From Alphaproteobacteria bacterium (lineage in GTDB: Bacteria; Pseudomonadota; Alphaproteobacteria; Rhizobiales; JAKIUO01), in the NCBI GenBank assembly GCA_024280895.1, contig JAJRPI010000056.1, positions 103,655-167,654 of the forward strand: a stretch of 64,000 bases of DNA, given 5' to 3'. Positions 20,276 to 29,852 of the stretch are shown in pieces. How positions within the stretch are numbered: position 1 is the stretch's first letter; the number at the start of each line of letters is the position of its first letter. The position numbers were made by a program, and so were the translations under genes. The notes beneath the pieces are model-generated. The model saw only the letters and a list, made by a program, of their open reading frames with translations. It had not been told where the DNA came from and made no database searches.

Positions 20276-21037
20276 TTATTGTTTCCCAGATGAGATGTCT
20301 TTTTGCCAGGGAAGAGGAGGTTTGTTGGTCGGTAAGGTGTTTTTCGGCGGCTTGGTCTTTTTTGCCTTGTTTTTTGCCGCCGCTTTTTTTGCTTTGACTT
20401 TGCCAGGAAAGAATACACCAGAGATGCGGGGCCGCTTGCCTTTTTTGCCACTGCTTGTGGTACTGGTTGTGCGGAATTTTGAACGACCGGTATTGAGGTC
20501 AATGATCAGCGTGTCGCCGCGCATGACATTGCCGCTTTGTGAAAGTATGACATTGCCGCCGATGGTGACAATTTTTGCCAGAACATCAAATTTGGCCCAG
20601 TCGGCGGTGGCAGATTGATTGTCCGGTGTGGTGATCGCCACCTTGCCGGTCGCATCAATACGCTTGATGCCCGCGGCTTCAGATTTTTTCTTCTTGCCGC
20701 CAGCGCCCCCGGAATAGGTCACTTTGAGCTTTTTGGAGATCAGTTGAAACTTGCCTTGAACGACTTTGACATTCCCAGTGAAAATGGCGACTTTCTTGTC
20801 GTCGAGGACTTCAAGGGCATCGGCTTCGATCTTGATGGGGTCATTATTATTCTTATTGGAAAAACCGCCAAAGCTTTCGGCAATGGATTGTGCTTGAACT
20901 GCGTTCAGGTGCGAAAAAGACAAGAATATAAACAAGGCAAATAGCGGCCGAGCAAGCCAGCTTGCCGCAAAGAGAGATCCCGCCTCGTGCCCGCCAAAGC
21001 TTGTAGCAATGGATCGTATTAGGTGTTTCATGCGCAT
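20276..21037 (-). CDS. lptA: LPS transport periplasmic protein LptA (OstA-like) with a Lys-rich C-terminal tail
   Basis: 253-aa ORF with a signal peptide and OstA_N-type strands (IKIEADALEVLDDKKVAIFTGNVKVVQG). Its position between lptC and lptB is conserved. Confidence 0.85.
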   Translation of the reverse strand: MRMKHLIRSIATSFGGHEAGSLFAASWLARPLFALFIFLSFSHLNAVQAQSIAESFGGFSNKNNNDPIKIEADALEVLDDKKVAIFTGNVKVVQGKFQLISKKLKVTYSGGAGGKKKKSEAAGIKRIDATGKVAITTPDNQSATADWAKFDVLAKIVTIGGNVILSQSGNVMRGDTLIIDLNTGRSKFRTTSTTSSGKKGKRPRISGVFFPGKVKAKKAAAKNKAKKTKPPKNTLPTNKPPLPWQKDISSGKQ

Positions 21038-21100
21038 TTGATAGCCTGTCTTGTAGGACGTTTATTCATCATCTCTTGTCTCTATGGTCCAAACAAGGGC

Positions 21101-21835
21101 CTATTTTGTCAGTGGTTTGTTTTTTCGTAGTGTGACTTTGACGCGGCCGTTGAACAAGACACTTTTTCGTGCACTCGACAGGGTCATGGTCGCGGCCTCA
21201 ATGGTGTTCTCATTTAAGGTCATGTGTACTGGTTGAGAGGTGGTGATCGTCTGCGTTTTCATATCGATATCAGCGCTATTCATTCGCACTTTCATGCCCT
21301 GATTGGAGGTGATGAGAATATTACCTTGCAGGGTCATTTTCTCACTTTTTGTATTATAATTGCCCTTGTTGGCGATCATTTTGATCCATTTTTTGTCTGG
21401 CTGTTCGAGGAATCCTGATATTTTATGCAGTGCCAACAGATGTGTTTTGGTGATCTGCTGCAGGGCATATTCCGCTTCGACTGTATAGCGGCCAAGCTTG
21501 TCGTTACCTCCAGAATAGCGCGGATTGATCATTTTGAGGCCTTCACTCGACAGATCAATCCCCTCGATACTGACCGGAAGGTCCACTGAAGCGAGGCGGG
21601 AGCCATTGGGGACAAAATATAGCCCCAAAATACCCAGAGATAGCAAAGGCAGCAAAAATTTCAGCGCTTTGGCCGCATAAGTGTGGCGCTTGGCTTTACC
21701 AAAGGCTTTTCGCTGATCTTCTTTGGACAAAATAGTTGGAAGATCAGCAAGATCGGCAGACTGAAATTGTGGAGCGGTGCTATACATAATATTGGGTCTG
21801 TTGGTTCCTTTGAAGGGGTACGTATTTTTAACCAA
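21101..21835 (-). CDS. lptC: LPS export system protein LptC
   Basis: 244-aa ORF with an N-terminal membrane anchor (ALKFLLPLLSLGILGLYF), a beta-jellyroll-like remainder and conserved synteny upstream of lptA. The start is uncertain; ATG at 21787 is an alternative. Confidence 0.75.
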   Translation of the reverse strand: MVKNTYPFKGTNRPNIMYSTAPQFQSADLADLPTILSKEDQRKAFGKAKRHTYAAKALKFLLPLLSLGILGLYFVPNGSRLASVDLPVSIEGIDLSSEGLKMINPRYSGGNDKLGRYTVEAEYALQQITKTHLLALHKISGFLEQPDKKWIKMIANKGNYNTKSEKMTLQGNILITSNQGMKVRMNSADIDMKTQTITTSQPVHMTLNENTIEAATMTLSSARKSVLFNGRVKVTLRKNKPLTK

Positions 21836-21923
21836 TCAATACGGTTAGAATTCGGCACGTCTTTATGTTTGGCAGCCCGAACATGTGCTTCCGCCCAAAC
21901 GCGCCCATTTACCTAAACCTTCC

Positions 21924-22538
21924 TCATGAATGTGAGAAAATATCTGTCTCAGGCCATCCTTCCAGATCGAGCAAGGCTCTGGTGGGGAGAAAATCGAAAC
22001 AGCTGGCAGCCAGTTGAGTGCGGTTTTCGCGGGCCAGCCGAATTTCAAGTTCATCGCGTAACTTGTGCAGATACAAGACGTCAGAGGCCGCATATTTCAT
22101 CTGGTCTTCGCTAAGATTGTCGGCGCCCCAGTCAGAACTTTGCTGTTGTTTGGAAATTTCGACACCTGCGAGTTCGCGGCACAGATCTTTAAGACCATGA
22201 TAGGAGGTATAGGTGCGGGTCAGTTTGGACGCGATCTTCGTGCAATAGACCGGTGTGGTCATGACGCCGAGGTGATGGTACAGCGTGGCGATATCAAAGC
22301 GTGCAAAATGAAATATCTTGGAGACGTTTGTATCCGCCAGCAATGCTTTAAGATTAGGGGCGTCATACTCGCCTGCAGCAAGCTGCACAAGATGGGCGTT
22401 GCCATCCCCAGATGACAGCTGCACCAGGCATAAGCGATCCCGCAGGGGGTTGAGGCCAAGTGTTTCCGTATCAATGGCTACCGAGGAACCAAAATCGACC
22501 CCGTCCGGCAGATCACCCTTGTGTAGTTCAATCGTCAT
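21924..22538 (-). CDS. rnd: Short RNase D-type 3'-5' exonuclease (DEDD family)
   Basis: The conserved start MTIELHKGDLP is at ATG 22536-22538 inside ORF 21924-22643. Exo motifs are AIDTETLGL and YAASDVLYLH. Confidence 0.85.
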   Translation of the reverse strand: MTIELHKGDLPDGVDFGSSVAIDTETLGLNPLRDRLCLVQLSSGDGNAHLVQLAAGEYDAPNLKALLADTNVSKIFHFARFDIATLYHHLGVMTTPVYCTKIASKLTRTYTSYHGLKDLCRELAGVEISKQQQSSDWGADNLSEDQMKYAASDVLYLHKLRDELEIRLARENRTQLAASCFDFLPTRALLDLEGWPETDIFSHS

Positions 22539-22900
22539 GGTTTTTGATCCCCTGATTTCAACATCTGTTATAGGGCCTCTTATGCCACGATCTTCATGAA
22601 GGGGACAAGTGATCATGCAGTCGTTTGCCCATCCGCCGCGCAATTACATTGGTCGCAAGGGCTAAAAGCTGTCTTTGCGATTTTAAGAGTTTGTTAACTA
22701 TAGGACTTGTTCATTTTTTATTAACCTTATTTGCTAGGTGAATATTAGCCAGTTTACCATAGTTTTTATCTTGTGTGACGGCGGTGGTTTTGTATTTTCT
22801 GTCATATAAATTAAGAACCTTTGGGGCTTAGGGCACATAAAAAACAAGCTTGAGTGATCTGCGGGTTTATTGGGGCTAGTGGTTTAAATTAGGAAATGTT

Positions 22901-23701
22901 ATGCGTAAAAATTTTGCACTTTTAGGTGCCACACTCGTGGTGTGTCTTGTGGTCAGGCCCGCGATGGCGGAAGAGACTGATATCGACCAATCATACAAGC
23001 TGGCTGCTTTGGCGGATCAAAAAATCGATACTATGGCGGCGTCTGAACCATCGGCAGCAAAAATGGTAAAGTCCGCTGCGCGACCGGTAAAAATCGTTAA
23101 AAAGAAACCAGTTAAAAAGAGAATTCCAGAACGCTTGGTCGCCAAGATCAATTTGAGTTCGCAGACCATGAAGGTGCTGGTGGACGGCAAGGTTAAACAT
23201 CATTGGAAAATTTCCAGTGGTGCCAAGGGCTTTCATACGCCAACCGGATCGTACAAGCCATATTATATGAATTCGATGCATTATTCGAAGAAATATGATA
23301 ATGCGCCCATGCCTCATTCGGTGTTTTACAGTGGTGGGTTTGCCGTTCATGCGACAAATTCGGTCAAGCGGCTTGGAAGCCCTGCCTCTCATGGATGCAC
23401 AAGACTATCACCAGGTAACGCGAAAAAGTTTTTCAATCTGGTCCGAAAATACAAAAAAGCGGGAACCCGTATCAAGATTTCCGGCTCGACACCCAAGTCT
23501 CGCGGCTTCAAAAAGCGCTATGCACGAGCATCACGCCCACGCCGCACCAGTTGGGACAATTACACGGGATATGCCGGAAACTATGTTAGCTATAGCGCTC
23601 GCCGCCGTCCCGCTGCCAATACGCGTCGTATCAGAATTGGCCGCCCGGTAAAACGCGTGAGACGTACGTCACATGGCCAGATCTTTAGCTGGCAATACTA
23701 A
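22901..23701 (+). CDS. L,D-transpeptidase (YkuD domain)
   Basis: 266-aa ORF with a signal peptide, the catalytic motif SHGCTRL and a basic C-terminal tail. Confidence 0.85.
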   Translation: MRKNFALLGATLVVCLVVRPAMAEETDIDQSYKLAALADQKIDTMAASEPSAAKMVKSAARPVKIVKKKPVKKRIPERLVAKINLSSQTMKVLVDGKVKHHWKISSGAKGFHTPTGSYKPYYMNSMHYSKKYDNAPMPHSVFYSGGFAVHATNSVKRLGSPASHGCTRLSPGNAKKFFNLVRKYKKAGTRIKISGSTPKSRGFKKRYARASRPRRTSWDNYTGYAGNYVSYSARRRPAANTRRIRIGRPVKRVRRTSHGQIFSWQY

Positions 23702-23754
23702 TACTGCCAAATACTAATCCTTGGTGTCACTAACCATCTGGATACACTGAAAAG

Positions 23755-23788
23755 TCAGGACGCGGAGAGCCCCGCGTCCTGATTTTTT
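23755..23788 (+). terminator. Rho-independent terminator after the L,D-transpeptidase gene
   Basis: The stem is tcaggacgcgg (23755-23765) paired with ccgcgtcctga (23772-23782), followed by TTTTTT (23783-23788). Confidence 0.8.
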
Positions 23789-23860
23789 GTGCCCGTTGGC
23801 CTGGCGTTTCTCCGGTAGCCAAGATGGCCGGACACCGAGCCAAATAACCTATTCCTGGCC

Positions 23861-25219
23861 TTAGACGACCCCATATGCCAGCATGGCATTCGCGACCTTG
23901 ACAAAGCCGGCAATATTGCTGCCTCGGATATAGTCGATGTGATCTGTACCAGCTAATCCACCATGCTCCAGACAGCGATCGTGAATGCCGCGCATCACAG
24001 TCTTTAAATGTTCTTGAAGTTCATCTTCACTCCATGAGAGCCGAGCCGAATTCTGACTCATCTCAAAGCCTGAAAGCGCAACACCTCCGGCATTTGCGGC
24101 TTTTCCGGGGGCGTAAAGTATTCGAGCGCCTCTGAAAAAGTGAATGCCGTCAAGGTTGGTCGGCATATTTGCGCCCTCCGCAACAGCAATGCAGCCGTTC
24201 TGGACCAGGCGGCGTGCGTCCGTGCCATTGATTTCATTCTCGGTTGCGCATGGAAAAGCCATGTCACATGGTACTGACCATGGTCGCTGACCTTCGTAAA
24301 ATGTTGCCCCTGGAAACCTATCGGCATATTCGGAAATACGCCCATGGTTTCGGGTCTTGTGTTCCTTTGTCCAATGTAATTTTTCCTCATCGATACCGTC
24401 GGGGTCATGAATAAAACCCAGAGAATCAGACAAGGTTACAGCCTTGCCGCCGAGTTGTGTGATTTTCTCGACAGCATGAGTGGCGACATTGCCGGAACCA
24501 GATACAACGCAAACCTTGCCGTCGATCGCGTTGCCGACACGACTAAGCATATTTTGAGCAAAATAGACGGCTCCGTAGCCCGTCGCTTCAGTCCGGACCA
24601 GACTGCCGCCATATTCGAGGCCCTTGCCTGTCAAGACGCCGGTAAAGCGGTTTGTAATTCGCTTGTGCTGACCGAACATATAGCCGATTTCCCGCGCGCC
24701 AACCCCGATATCTCCGGCGGGAATATCGATATTTTCGCCAACATGGCGATATAGCTCAGTCATAAATGACTGGCAGAACCGCATCACTTCGTGGTCGGAT
24801 TTGCCCTTTGGATTGAAATTGGAGCCGCCCTTGGCCCCACCCATCGGGAGACCGGTAAGGCTGTTCTTGAATGTCTGTTCGAAAGCCAGGAATTTCAAGA
24901 TGCTCTCTGTCACACCGGGATGAAACCGAATACCACCTTTGTAGGGGCCGATTGCATTGCTATTCTGGACCCTCCAGCCGCGCTGAACGCGAATGTTATT
25001 ATTGTCGTCTTCCCAACATACACGGAAACTAACGACGCGATCCGGCTCGGCAATACGCCTTAGAATTTGATACTCGTGATATTCTTTTTTATGTATTATG
25101 TAGTCGAAAATATCCTCTGCGACTTCACGAACCGCTTGTAAAAATTCCGGTTGGCCAGGGTTTCGTTTCCCGACGCCTTCCATAAATCCCTCGAAATCAA
25201 CATGATTTGATACAGACAC
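23861..25219 (-). CDS. gdhA: NADP-specific glutamate dehydrogenase
   Basis: The ORF is 23861-25252. A GTG at 25217-25219 lies 7 nt after AAGGAG and gives MSVSNHVDFEGFMEGVGKRNPGQPEF, which aligns with the GdhA N-terminus. The catalytic region is PMGGAKGGSNFNPKG. Confidence 0.93.
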   Translation of the reverse strand: MSVSNHVDFEGFMEGVGKRNPGQPEFLQAVREVAEDIFDYIIHKKEYHEYQILRRIAEPDRVVSFRVCWEDDNNNIRVQRGWRVQNSNAIGPYKGGIRFHPGVTESILKFLAFEQTFKNSLTGLPMGGAKGGSNFNPKGKSDHEVMRFCQSFMTELYRHVGENIDIPAGDIGVGAREIGYMFGQHKRITNRFTGVLTGKGLEYGGSLVRTEATGYGAVYFAQNMLSRVGNAIDGKVCVVSGSGNVATHAVEKITQLGGKAVTLSDSLGFIHDPDGIDEEKLHWTKEHKTRNHGRISEYADRFPGATFYEGQRPWSVPCDMAFPCATENEINGTDARRLVQNGCIAVAEGANMPTNLDGIHFFRGARILYAPGKAANAGGVALSGFEMSQNSARLSWSEDELQEHLKTVMRGIHDRCLEHGGLAGTDHIDYIRGSNIAGFVKVANAMLAYGVV

Positions 25220-25461
25220 GTGAAGTCTCCTTTTGACATAAGCCCCCCTCAAATATGACCCCTAATAAAACAACATGCGGTTCACTCGCTCTACAGATAG
25301 TCAAGTCCGACAAACTCTTTGGCACAAGCTCATATTGTTCCAAAGAGGCTGCCGGTCTCTTTGCGATAAATACAACATGAAAGCGTCAAGAAAGCGGCTT
25401 ATGAAATGCCCAGTGATCTTGAAGAATATCACTGTGGCGGGTATGAATTCAGGAATGCCAA

Positions 25462-25959
25462 ATGATTTATTCCAGGAGCATGACCGTGTCCCCAGCAACC
25501 GACGAAAAATACGAGGTCTGCATAGCGCAAAGACAAAATCTCGATCAGATCATTGCCCTATTGTCAGATGATCCATTGGGCCGCGTGCGCGAGCAATCAA
25601 TGGCCTCGACCCGATCCGATTATGAAGCTGCCTTTGTTGATATAGAACAATCAAGCGATAATTCTATTTTAGTTATCAAGCTGGCAGATGCTGTGATTGG
25701 CTGCGCGCAAATCACTATTATTCCCAATCTCACTTTCACAGGCGCGAAACGTTGTCAGATCGAGGGCGTGCGCGTGTCAAAGGAGTATCAGGGGCGAGGG
25801 CTTGGCAAGCTGATGATCGATTATGCGATTGATCAGGCAAAAAGTAGGGGGTGCAAAATCGTGCAGCTCACCAGTAACAACACGCGCACGGGCGCGCTTG
25901 AATTTTACGAGAAACTGGGCTTTGAAGCCTCTCATACAGGTTTTAAATTATACCTTTGA
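25462..25959 (+). CDS. GNAT-family N-acetyltransferase
   Basis: 165-aa ORF with the acetyl-CoA motif QGRGLGKLM and a terminal YEKLGF. Confidence 0.8.
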   Translation: MIYSRSMTVSPATDEKYEVCIAQRQNLDQIIALLSDDPLGRVREQSMASTRSDYEAAFVDIEQSSDNSILVIKLADAVIGCAQITIIPNLTFTGAKRCQIEGVRVSKEYQGRGLGKLMIDYAIDQAKSRGCKIVQLTSNNTRTGALEFYEKLGFEASHTGFKLYL

Positions 25960-26132
25960 GCGCGGTGATTTTTTATCTTACGGCTGTTCTTTGTTGCGCT
26001 TTGGCCTGCATCTATCGTTGTCCTGGCGCTTCACTGTTTGAGGACATTGGAGCGGCCTGCTCGGCGCTCGCCCAGTCGGGCTCTGATGGGGTTGGTGTTC
26101 TAGATCTCTTCTGCAAGGCGGGCCAGCCGAAT

Positions 26133-26909
26133 TTACCCTCTCCCATAAACATCATAAAAGAACCAGCTGGTGATGCAAATGCTGGCGATGATGACGGTGT
26201 TTCTTACAATTGCTTGGGGTAGGTGGCGCGCGATATAGGCGCTAATGGAACCGCCTGTGACGGTGCCTGCCAGAACGGCGAGGCCCGGTTGCCAGGCGAT
26301 GGCGTCCTCCATGATGAAATACACCACAGCAATGCTGGAAACACAGCTGGAAATCACCAGCTTGAGACCGGCCATCGTGCGAATATCGCTCATGCCCGAC
26401 AGTGCCAGATAAGACAGGCCGATGATCCCGAAACCCGCATTAAAGAACCCACCATAAATACAGATGATCAGCAACAGGGCCGAAAGAGACAAGGTGCCGA
26501 CAATCGAAGCGTGGCGATGATGTTTGGTGCGATCTTTTATCCATTGATTGATTTTTTTGCCAAAGATAAAGAGCAGGGTGGCAAATAGCAAAAGCCAGGG
26601 AACGATTTCAACGAACCGGGCTGGGGGCGTGCGTAATAAAAGCCAGGCGCCGATCATGCCGCCGATGAAAGCGGTGATCACTGTCAGGGGCAGGTTATTT
26701 TTGGCTTTCATCATCTCTCGGCGCAAGACCCAAGCCCCGGCCATGTAGCCCGGCATGGATGCAAACGTGTTGGTGGCATTGGCGCTGATGGCTGGAACGC
26801 CCGCCATCAACAAAGCGGGAAAGGTGATGAAACTGCCGCCTCCAGCAATCGAGTTCAGTGCCCCACCGAAAAATCCAGCGATGAACAAAAGAGCAGTTTC
26901 CATAAGCAT
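26133..26909 (-). CDS. TSUP (TauE/SafE) family anion exporter
   Basis: The polytopic membrane ORF is 26133-26987. The likely start MLMETALLFIAGFFGGALNSIAGGGSF is at 26907-26909. Confidence 0.8.
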   Translation of the reverse strand: MLMETALLFIAGFFGGALNSIAGGGSFITFPALLMAGVPAISANATNTFASMPGYMAGAWVLRREMMKAKNNLPLTVITAFIGGMIGAWLLLRTPPARFVEIVPWLLLFATLLFIFGKKINQWIKDRTKHHRHASIVGTLSLSALLLIICIYGGFFNAGFGIIGLSYLALSGMSDIRTMAGLKLVISSCVSSIAVVYFIMEDAIAWQPGLAVLAGTVTGGSISAYIARHLPQAIVRNTVIIASICITSWFFYDVYGRG

Positions 26910-27110
26910 GTTTATTCCAGCCTTTTGTTGGCAATTAGTGCCTGTTGGCAGTTGCCCTTGCCGGGCGGGCAGCTTTTCAGCTGGCAACAGGGGATGATCC
27001 CCTGTGCCCCAATTTGGTTAAGGGGGTTGGGGATTGATCCCCAACGTAATCCGCTAGGATGCCCACCCTTTGAGGGCAAAGCCACGTTGGGGATTTTATA
27101 GTCGCTCAAC

Positions 27111-27146
27111 GAAAAAGCGGTCATCCCGAAATTCGAGATGACCGCT
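27111..27146 (-). terminator. Rho-independent terminator downstream of pnp
   Basis: On the minus strand agcggtcatc pairs with gatgaccgct (27116-27125 and 27137-27146), followed by TTTTT (complement of 27112-27116). Confidence 0.7.
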
Positions 27147-27190
27147 TCAATGCTTAACTTATTGAAGAGAGTGTCTCTTCAATAATAGGA

Positions 27191-29313
27191 CTAGTCATCG
27201 CTGCCCTGTTCGATCTCTTTGCCGGTTTCCTGATCGACGACTTTCATCGAGAGGCGCACCTTGCCGCGATCATCAAAGCCCATCAGTTTAACATAGATCT
27301 CGTCGCCTTCATTGACCACATCCGTGACCTTGTTGACGCGTTGATCGGCCATTTGCGAGATATGCACGAGGCCGTCTTTGGGACCAAAGAAGTTCACAAA
27401 AGCTCCAAAGTCGACGACTTTGACGACTTTACCTTTGTAGATTTTGCCTTCTTCAGCTTCGGCGCAAATGCCGTTGATGGCAGCGATGGCTGCTTCAATG
27501 CTTTTGCTATCGGAAGAGGCGACTTTGACCGTACCATCGTCGGTAACATTGATCTTGGCACCGGTTTCTTCGCAAATGCCGCGAATAACATTGCCGCCGG
27601 GTCCGATAAGGTCGCGGATCTTGTTGACGGGAATAGTCATCACTTCGATACGTGGAGCGTGCTCACCAACATGATCACGAGATCCGTGCAAAGCTTTGTC
27701 CATTTCACCAAGGATATGTTCGCGGCCGCCTTTGGCTTGTGCCAGGGCAACCTTCATGATCTCTTCGTTGATACCAGCGATTTTGATGTCCATCTGCAGG
27801 GAGGTGATACCACGTTCGGTACCAGCGACCTTGAAGTCCATATCGCCGAGATGATCTTCGTCACCAAGGATATCGGACAGAACAACATAGTCGTCGCCTT
27901 CCATGATCAGGCCCATGGCGATCCCGGCGACCGGGCGCTCGAGCGGGACACCTGCATCCATAAGGGCAAGAGATGTACCACAAACGGTTGCCATTGAAGA
28001 GGAGCCGTTACTTTCAGTGATCTCGGAGACAACCCGCATCGTGTAAGGGAAATCTTCTTTCTTTGGCAGCAATGGGTGAATAGCACGCCAAGCAAGCTTA
28101 CCATGACCGATTTCGCGGCGGCCAGGAGTACCAAAGCGGCGCGCTTCACCAACCGAATAGGGAGGGAAGTTGTAATGCAACATGAAATTGTTGCGATAGC
28201 TGCCTTCCAGCGCGTCAATGATCTGCTCGTCTTCACCGGTGCCTAGTGTGGTGACGACAAGGGCTTGTGTTTCGCCGCGTGTAAACAGGGCTGAACCATG
28301 AGTGCGCTCAAGGACGCCAACTTCTGCAACAATGGGGCGAACGGTTGTCAGGTCACGGCCATCAATGCGTTTTTGGTTTTGATGAGATCGCCGCGAACGA
28401 CTTTCTTTTCAAGTGATTTGAAGGTATCGCCGAGTAATACTGACTCGGTGCCATCGTCTTTTTCGGGCATCAGCTCATCAAAGACTTTTTTCTTCAGCTC
28501 GGAGATGAGATTCTGGCGCTTGGTTTTCTCGGTGATCGCATAGGCTTCACGCAGACCAGCTTCGGCCATTTGTGCCACTTTGTCGGTGTAAGCGCTGTTG
28601 TCGATTTCTTTAAGATCCCAAGGTTCCTTGGCAGCTTTTTCCGCCAGGCGGATGATCATGTCGATGACAGGTTTTGATTCTTCGTGGCCAAACATGACCG
28701 CGCCGAGCATCACTTCTTCGGAAAGTTCCTGTGCTTCTGATTCCACCATCAAAACGGCGTCTTGAGTACCAGCAACCACGAGATCGAGATCACTTGCATC
28801 CATGTCTTCGCCGAGCAATGGGTTCAGGCTGTATTTGCCATCGGTATATCCAACGCGTGCACCAGCAATAGGGCCCATGAAGGGAACGCCAGACAGTGTC
28901 AGTGCGGCCGACGTTGCCACTAGCGCGACGATATCTGGATCATTTTCCAGATCGTGCGACAGCACGGTGATGATGATCTGGGTTTCGTTTTTGAAACTGG
29001 CAGGGAATAGGGGGCGGATTGGACGGTCAATCAGGCGGCAGGTGAGGGTTTCTTTTTCACCGGGGCGGCCTTCGCGCTTGAAAAATCCACCTGGGATTTT
29101 ACCGGCAGCAAATGTTTTTTCCTGATAATGAACGGTGAGGGGGAAGAAATCCATACCGGGGCGTACTGATTTTTCAGATACGGTACAGGCAAGGACAGTG
29201 GTGTCACCATATTTGGCGAGGACAGAGCCGTGAGCCTGACGCGCGATGCGGCCGGTTTCGAGGGAAAGGGTGCGTCCACCCCATTCGATTTCTTCTTTGT
29301 GTATTTCAAACAT
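27191..29313 (-). pseudogene. pnp: Polynucleotide phosphorylase (PNPase), reading frame broken by one missing base in an A-run
   Basis: The N-terminal ORF 28348-29313 ([16 protein letters not shown]...) and C-terminal ORF 27191-28183 (..FPPYSVGE.., KH, S1) are bridged in the -1 frame by [39 protein letters not shown]. Adding one A at the A5 run (plus-strand T5 at 28370-28374) restores ...IKTKKRIDGRD.... Confidence 0.9.
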
Positions 29314-29456
29314 ATCGTTTTCTTTCGGTCTTTATAATTGCTCGGGCCTCCTGGCCAAATGAGCACGGTCTAGCTTACGGATATTTTCTTTTGGTCGTTT
29401 GATGTCTCCCCACCCTGAAGTTTAAATAAGCCGGGCGGTGAAACATCTTGATGTAG

Positions 29457-29523
29457 GGTGCGTTAGCCAAGCGTCACACACCATTGAAAGCAGGGAAGGC
29501 GCGTTAAGCTTTGCTAACACACC
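29457..29523 (-). promoter_or_regulatory. Long hairpin in the rpsO-pnp intergenic leader (candidate RNase III/autoregulatory stem)
   Basis: The 16-nt arms at 29457-29472 and 29508-29523 pair in the minus-strand RNA with one G-U and one mismatch. The position matches the processed pnp leader known from E. coli. Confidence 0.35.
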
Positions 29524-29549
29524 TTGTAAATTCCCATTATTCTTTTGAG

Positions 29550-29819
29550 TTAGCGGCGCAGACCCAGACGTTTGATCAAGCCTTCATAGCGTGAAACATC
29601 TTTGCCTTTGACATAGTCAAGCAGGCGGCGGCGTGTGCTCACCATTTTCAACAGGCCGCGACGGGAATGATTGTCTTTCTTGTGGCCTTTGAAATGTTCT
29701 GTGAGGTTGACAATCCGCTCGGTGAGAACGGCAACTTGCACTTCGGGTGATCCTGTGTCGCCATCTTTGATGCCATATTCTTTCATCAATTCGGCTTTTC
29801 GTTCAGCAGTTATCGACAT
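29550..29819 (-). CDS. rpsO: 30S ribosomal protein S15
   Basis: 89-aa [19 protein letters not shown]...[19 protein letters not shown]. Confidence 0.97.
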   Translation of the reverse strand: MSITAERKAELMKEYGIKDGDTGSPEVQVAVLTERIVNLTEHFKGHKKDNHSRRGLLKMVSTRRRLLDYVKGKDVSRYEGLIKRLGLRR

Positions 29820-29852
29820 CGAAACTCCTTTTAAAATCTAATGAGGGAGGGC

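Noticed and set aside
26990-27100. Short repeated ttggggat motifs and the palindrome gttggggattgatccccaac between the TSUP gene and pnp.
   Set aside because: There are only two or three short copies and no similarity to the 100-bp repeat family. It is probably part of local terminator or UTR structure and is too weak to report.
28360-28385. Programmed -1 ribosomal frameshift or transcriptional slippage in pnp.
   Set aside because: The site (acc-aaa-aac) is not an X-XXY-YYZ slippery heptamer. An A5 run is too short for efficient RNA polymerase slippage, and no downstream stimulatory structure is evident. A sequencing error or a simple mutation is more parsimonious.
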